A DNA stretch of 64,000 bases from Amphiscolops sp. MND2022 (Eukaryota). Under the pieces are notes generated by a model. It saw nothing but the letters and a program-made list of their open reading frames with translations, had not been told where the DNA came from and ran no database searches. Positions within the stretch are counted from its first letter, which is position 1, and each line of letters begins with the position of its first letter. Positions 58,178 through 64,000 of this stretch are shown one piece after another. A program made the translations under genes and the position numbers. The stretch is from assembly GCA_964187785.1 (NCBI GenBank), contig OZ076409.1, positions 31,808,001 through 31,872,000 of the forward strand, written 5' to 3'.

Positions 58178-61100
58178 TCATTTTCTTGCGTCACTGATGG
58201 TCATATTCCGTATTTTATCTTTGATATCCTGCCACTTTGAAGCATGGGGGTACTTTTTCATTGCCTCCAAGCAAACTGCTCGGCCAGGCAGTCGCCCTTG
58301 CATCATCTCTTCTCGGAATTGTTTCCTCAGCCTTTTTTCTTGATCCAGTGGCCATGTTCGTCGTGTAGTACCACCAGGCTTAGGCTTCTTCTTACCACTA
58401 GTAGTTTTCTTTCGATTCCTTTTGTCACCCGTGTCATCATCGACTGTTCCAAGTGAGAGACTGTTTTTGCTTCCCGAGGTTGAGGCCTGGGACATTCTGA
58501 GTGAACTGTCTGCGACGTCACGGGATGTCGCATGATCGGTATTATCTTGGACTGCGGTTTCGTTATCCTTAACAAAACAACTTCTGATTACTCAAATGAA
58601 GTCAATCTGTTTTTACCTAAACGATTTTGTTTTGGCTATGTTATACAAAGTTCCATTTTTATGTTTTCGAGAGTTTTGAAAAGCAACGCGACGTGATAGA
58701 GAACAGGCCTTCATTGTCTAGATGCATGTTTATTGTGCACAATTTAGATGTGTATTGTTTCGTTGGGAGTATGATCCAAAAGAAACGCAATGTGAACAAG
58801 AATGGGTTTGTATTGCTTCAGTAGAAACTTTTTACGAAATAAACGAAAATCCGATTTATCCGGATACGAATTAAATGAAACTGACTGTACTGTTATCTGA
58901 AATATTCAGAAGAATTTATGATTAGCTGGAACTTTTTCCTTTTTCCCCACACTTTTCAAGATGATGTTTTTGCAATTAATTGTATCTCAATTGCGTTTCC
59001 AATGAAACAGTTCAGTTTTAAGTTTATTCTTAAAAAGATAGTTTAGGATTCAGATACAAACTTTGTTCACACTTTTTCATGATAATAATATGCATGGAGC
59101 TTTAGATCACATTGCGTTTCTTTTTAACCAATTCCCAATCAAGTATCTTCATCTTCACAAATTAGCGGTGGATTGCATGTTGTGATTATAATTATGATTA
59201 TTATAACTAAAACTGAAGTCCAGCATGTAAAATTTCAAATGGTTTTTGTTTTTTCAATAGATTCTTCCTGGAACCGTGGGGGATTTTCTTTATTGCAATA
59301 GTACAAATATCAAAACCAATTTTTTTATTTAATCTCGACTGATATTTTCAAAAACTAGAAAACTAACAGAGTCGTCCAACTCGCCATCATCCAGTGTCGG
59401 TTGGATTGTGTCAAGGTCTTTCGAATAGGCATCCTCGAGTTTACCGCTGTCGACCATATACAACAATTTTGTAACTTTTGCTAGATTTACGGCATCAGTG
59501 TGCATCCTGTAATACTTGTCGTGAACCCTTAAGTCATGACCCAGAAAATCAGCAACCCAAGTCCTCTGGTGCTGTGGTAAGTTCAAAAACTGTGCTGCAG
59601 TTGCCATATACTTTCGAAGCTTCGTTGACCTGAACAAAGGTTTGTTCTCCAGCTCAAAGTCTTTAGCGAACTTGTTCAGGGCCTCAGCGCTCCGGTAATG
59701 CAGTTTTCCACCTTCTGTTTGGAAGAAGTACGTTTCATTTTTCAAGTTGTCATCATTTATCATGATATCAATAAGTTTGAGTGTGTCCGGTGGCACCAGC
59801 ACTGGGACAACTTTTCCGCCCTTCCCAGGAAGTCGGAGGAGTGTGTAGACTTCTGCGAACTTTTCCTCTAGTTTTGTAAGCTTCACGAGTTCGTTATCCG
59901 CTGTCTTTGCTCGTTCACAGGCTAGACTCCGTTGTAGTATCATATCTCTTCTTTTGATTCCAGAAACTTCACGATCACGCTTCTTGTTGAAACTAACAAG
60001 ATCAGCTATCACAGTTAGTTTGAGTTCGGCATAGTTATACTTAGTCAGTTCGAGGAGTTCTCGCACTTTTTTTCCAATGCTTTGCCGGAATTTAATGATG
60101 TCGGTAGTGGGAATAACCAGATGTATGCTCTCATTTTGCTTCTTGACCAACCTAGAAAAAAACAAGGTGATTAGATTTGGGAAAGAAAAGGCTCAAAAGG
60201 TTTATCAGCTAATTTTAAGGGACGTAAAAAAACCTGTGGAGCAACTTTTTACATTGTGGCTTCTTTTATGTGGATTGATGAGGAAACCAGAGTCAGTGGG
60301 ACATACACCCGCTAATTTACTTGGACTTGGTGGGACGCAGACTAAGTGAGACATGAAAGGTGGGACCCGCTATAAAGCCTAGAGAAAAACGACTGAATTT
60401 GACTGAGTAACTATTTCAGACAAAGTTCCACCACGTTTCTTACACTCCGCAACTACATATTTCTCCATTTTTTGCCATTTTTTGATGTTTCTTGTAAATG
60501 TTTGCCTCAATAGTTTTTGAATGGTTCCAACTTACTCGTATTTAGCAGGTGCGGATATTTGAGCCCATTCAGTGTCAATAATTTTCTGAAACTGTTTAGC
60601 TTGTTGAGATATCTCCTTCTTCTCCCACACGAAAGCTTGATTTTGCAGAAATGCAGCAGCTGTTTTCAGAATCGATCCCATTTTTACTTGGTAGGATTTT
60701 GCAAAATTTTTTGAAACCGCCTCTTTCACTCTTGACCACATGTCTGGTCTGATTAGTTCAATCAAATACGAGCATTCCAGTTGGAGAACAAGTTTGGCCA
60801 TGATTCGCATTCTGTCCCTGATCTGATTGTAGCCCTCGTCTGATTTTCGCTTGTTGAAATAATATTCCCCAACATACTTTATGAGGGGGTCATTTCGTAT
60901 TAGTTCTGCAACTGGATCGTTTCTTAAATTGTTATAAAGGAATTCCTGGAATGGTGTGTTATGATTTGCTTTGATTTCAAGCATCAACGCAAAGATGGCA
61001 GCTTTGATGTTTTTGTTTTTTCCTTCTTTATGGCTAGACTTGGTAACTGCCGGGCAGTCTAGTTTGTGTCGGTACATGGTTTTTCTCATGAAGAAGCCAA

Positions 61101-64000
61101 GACAATCAGGGCAAGGAGCATAGTTATCAGCTGTTGGATTCTCGGTTTCCGTCGGGTCCCTGACTACGATCAGTTTGTCAGTGAATCTGTTCGTCTCTAC
61201 GCATTTTTTAAAAACCGCGATGTTATATTTGTACTGGCCTTCATATGTGATCAAGCGGTATGTTTGATCTTTCTCTTTATGAAGTTTCCTCAAATCCCGT
61301 TCAGTTGTGGCGATTTCCTTACTTCCTTCTAATTCTTCTATTTCTACATTTATTCGCCTAAGGTTACTGACGCGGAGCTCTCTTTGATGAAATGATTGCA
61401 AATGTCGATGTAATTTGGCAACCATGGTCGCATCTTTGATATCTTCAAAAGGACAGTAAGGACAACATTTCTTCTTTTTGTATTTACCTTCAGAGACAAC
61501 AATGTGGATCTTCCTGAGATACTTTGAGTTGAATCTCCATTTTCCGGAACAATTAGCGTTGACATATTGTTGCATGTCGTCTTCAATGTTATCATAGCCT
61601 TCCATAGTGTTTGCAACATCATCTGGTCCTGCAGACGACGTTGAAGCTAGTGCGGTCTGATAACTACTTTCACTGATCTCAGAAATGCCTTCTCCCAATA
61701 CCACCGTCTGGTTTGATGAAACTTTATTGGGTGTACTTGGCGCTCTTTCAGCTGTTGATGCAGTTTCTGTTTCTTTTTCTGAAGACAGTTCCTCGCTACC
61801 TTCATCCTCATCAACATTGTAACTTTCACATGAGGACTCAGATGTTTCAGACGACGAATCGTCACTGGAACTCTCGCTTGACTGTTCAGGTATGTCGCTG
61901 TGTTCTTCAGCTGAGTCAGAATCCAAATCTTTTTCAGGCTTCGGCGTTAAGTATTCGCGTCCTTTGTTGAGAATTCTCAAAGCCCTTGATGTTCCCTCGG
62001 AGAGCTCCAACTGCTTAAAAAGGAAGAATCTTATTCTTTCTGGAAAACACAGTTCGGAAAAAAATATTTCGCTCTGAAACCACAGTGGCTTCCTTTTGGA
62101 CTAAAATTGTATTGAGGTTATTTCCAGATGATGAAGCATTATAATCTACATTCTTTCACAATGCGTTTGTTTTCACGTGCAAAATTCAGTCAAGCATTCC
62201 TCAACCACATTGCGTTTCTTTTCACATGATTAAACTTAACAATTCTAAAAAAAATTTTTAACAGCATGATTTTGAAATCCTGTGGCACTTCAATGAATGC
62301 CGTGCATGAAAGCCATCAGATTGCTTTCACTTTGAGGTGCAAACGCAACCAAAAAAATTTTCAAAAAGTCAGTAATTTCAAGTCTTAAACGGGTAAGTAA
62401 TGAAATTGTGCTTACCTTCTGAGGTATTATACATTCGTTTTTGGCTTCGAAAGGTGTTTTCGGATTTCTTTCTTCTAGTTTAGTCAATTTGGCATACGAT
62501 GCTTCAATGCTTCTAGTTACATTCTTCGGTTTCCGTGGTTGTTTAGGAGCTTTCGCTTCTATGTCAGTAGTTTTGTTTTTCTCAACTTTGCTAGATTGGA
62601 TTTGCGATGATTTTGTTGAGATCCTCGGTTCCGTGTCCCCGTCTTTGCGTAACGGGTTAGAAGCTTTCTCTTCTGTGTCAGTAGGTTTGTTTTTCTCAAC
62701 TTTGCTAGATTGGTTTTGCGATGATTTTGTTGAGATTCTCGGTTCCGTGTCCCCGTCTTTGCGTAACGGGTTAGGAGCCTTCTCTTCTGTGTCAGTCGTT
62801 TTGTTTTTCTCAACTTTGCTAGATTGGTTTTGCGATGATTTTGTTGAGATCCTCGGTTCCGTGTCCCCGTCTTTGCGTAACGGGTTAGGAGCCTTCTCTT
62901 CTGTGTCAGTAGTTTTGTTTTTCTCATTTTTGCTAGATTGGTTTTGCGATGATTTTGTTGAGATCCTCTGTTCCGTGTCCCCCGCAACGTTGTGTAATGG
63001 GTTAGGAGCCTTCTCTTTTGTGTCAGTAGTTTTGTTTTTCTCAACTTTGCTAGATTGGTTTTGCGATGATTTTGTTGAGATCCTCGGTTCCGTGTCCCCG
63101 TCTTTGCGTAACGGGTTAGGAGCCTTCTCTTCTGTGTCAGTAGTTTTGTTTTTCTCAACTTTGCTAGATTGGATTTGCGATGATTTTGTTGAGATCCTCG
63201 GTTCCGTGTCCCCGTCTTTGCGCAACGGGCTAGGAGCCTTCTCTTCTGTGTCAGTAGGTTTGTTTTTCTCAACTTTGCTAGATCGTTTTTGCGATGATTT
63301 TGTTGAGATCCTCGGTTCCGTGTCCCCGTCTTTGCGTAACGGGTTAGGAGCCTTCTCTTCTGTGTCAGTAGTTTTGTTTTTCTCAACTTTGCTAGATTGG
63401 TTCTGCGATGATTTTGTTGAGATCCTCGGTTCCGTGTCCCCGTCTTTGCGTAACGGGTTAGGAGCTTTCTCTTCTGTGTCAGTAGTTTTATTTTTCTCAT
63501 TTTTGCTAGATTGGTTTTGCGATGATTTTGTTGAGATCCTCGGTTCCGTGTCCCCGTCTTTGCGTAACGGGTTAGGAGCCTTCTCTTCTGTGTCAGTAGT
63601 TTTGTTTTTCTCATTTTTGCTAGATTGGTTTTGCGATGATTTTGTTGAGATCCTCGGTTCCGTGTCCCCGTCTTTGCGTAACGGGTTAAGAGCCTTCTCT
63701 TCTGTGTCAGTAGTTTTGTTTTTCTCTTTTTTGCTAGATTGGTTTTGCGATGATTTTGTTGAGATCCTCTGTTCTGTGTCCCCCGCAACGTTGTGTAATG
63801 GGTTAGGAGCTTTTTCTACTGTGTCCACTGCGTTTTGTATCTCAATGTTGATAGATTCGTTGCATGATTGCAATGACACAGGCTGAAGTGGAATTGTGAG
63901 GTTCTTCGCACTAAGATTGGGATACAAATTGGAAACCTCTTTCGCTGGAACTTCAGATTCTTTTCCTTTTCTTTGCGTTGTTGATGCAACTCTTTTTTCT
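58178..64000 (-). CDS. Spliced tyrosine-recombinase-fold protein (Crypton-like) with Zn-binding motifs and a C-terminal Myb/SANT-like domain; 5' end lies outside the window
   Basis: Exons >64000-62416, ~62010-60536, 60151-59368 and 58567-58178 join with phases 0, 2, 0. YR motifs FNKKR.REV, GKGGKVVPVL, STKLRK, FLGH and HDKYY. CPYC...H...H and CPDC...H...C. Tail RRTW...LPG..VC...WQDIKDKIRN. Confidence 0.85.
62551..63810 (-). repeat. Coding minisatellite: 11 units of 114 or 117 bp (38-39 aa)
   Basis: APNPLRKDGDTEPRISTKSSQNQSSKVEKNKTTDTEEK repeated; units 1 and 8 carry an HNVAG variant. Confidence 0.95.

Noticed and set aside
62441..63886. 481-aa + strand hydrophobic repeat ORF and the 409-aa alternative minus-frame ORF
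   Set aside because: Shadows of a stop-free minisatellite; only the 62290-63927 frame has a splice donor in phase with the downstream exon.

Overview
This is repeat-rich eukaryotic DNA, almost certainly metazoan, judging by the short GT-AG introns, TTAGGG-type repeats and the element families present. It holds three large mobile units. (1) A full-length but lesion-bearing Polinton/Maverick (adintovirus-like) element at 11640-30249, with AGTAGT...ACTACT termini, imperfect TIRs and a 6-bp GACGCA TSD. It encodes a zinc-finger protein-primed PolB, rve integrase, packaging ATPase, major and minor capsid proteins, an adenain-like protease and core proteins. Accessory genes include a spliced SGNH/Oskar-like gene with a very long (TCC)n tract, a DEDD exonuclease-like gene, a PC4-like gene and a 4-exon orphan. 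Its left ~4.1 kb plus host flank is tandemly duplicated at 7292-11436. (2) An 18.6-kb Ty3/Gypsy LTR retrotransposon on the minus strand (33411-52035). Its pol runs on into an AT-hook and apparent tandem macrodomains, and a ~1400-codon non-Env ORF with a strong splice acceptor sits in the env position. (3) An apparently intact, spliced tyrosine-recombinase-fold gene (58178 to beyond 64000, minus strand) with a 38-aa repeat array, next to two tandem arrays and two ORFs, one resembling a Polinton-associated membrane protein. The rest is degenerate repeats. All domain calls come from motifs recognised by eye; no database searches were run.
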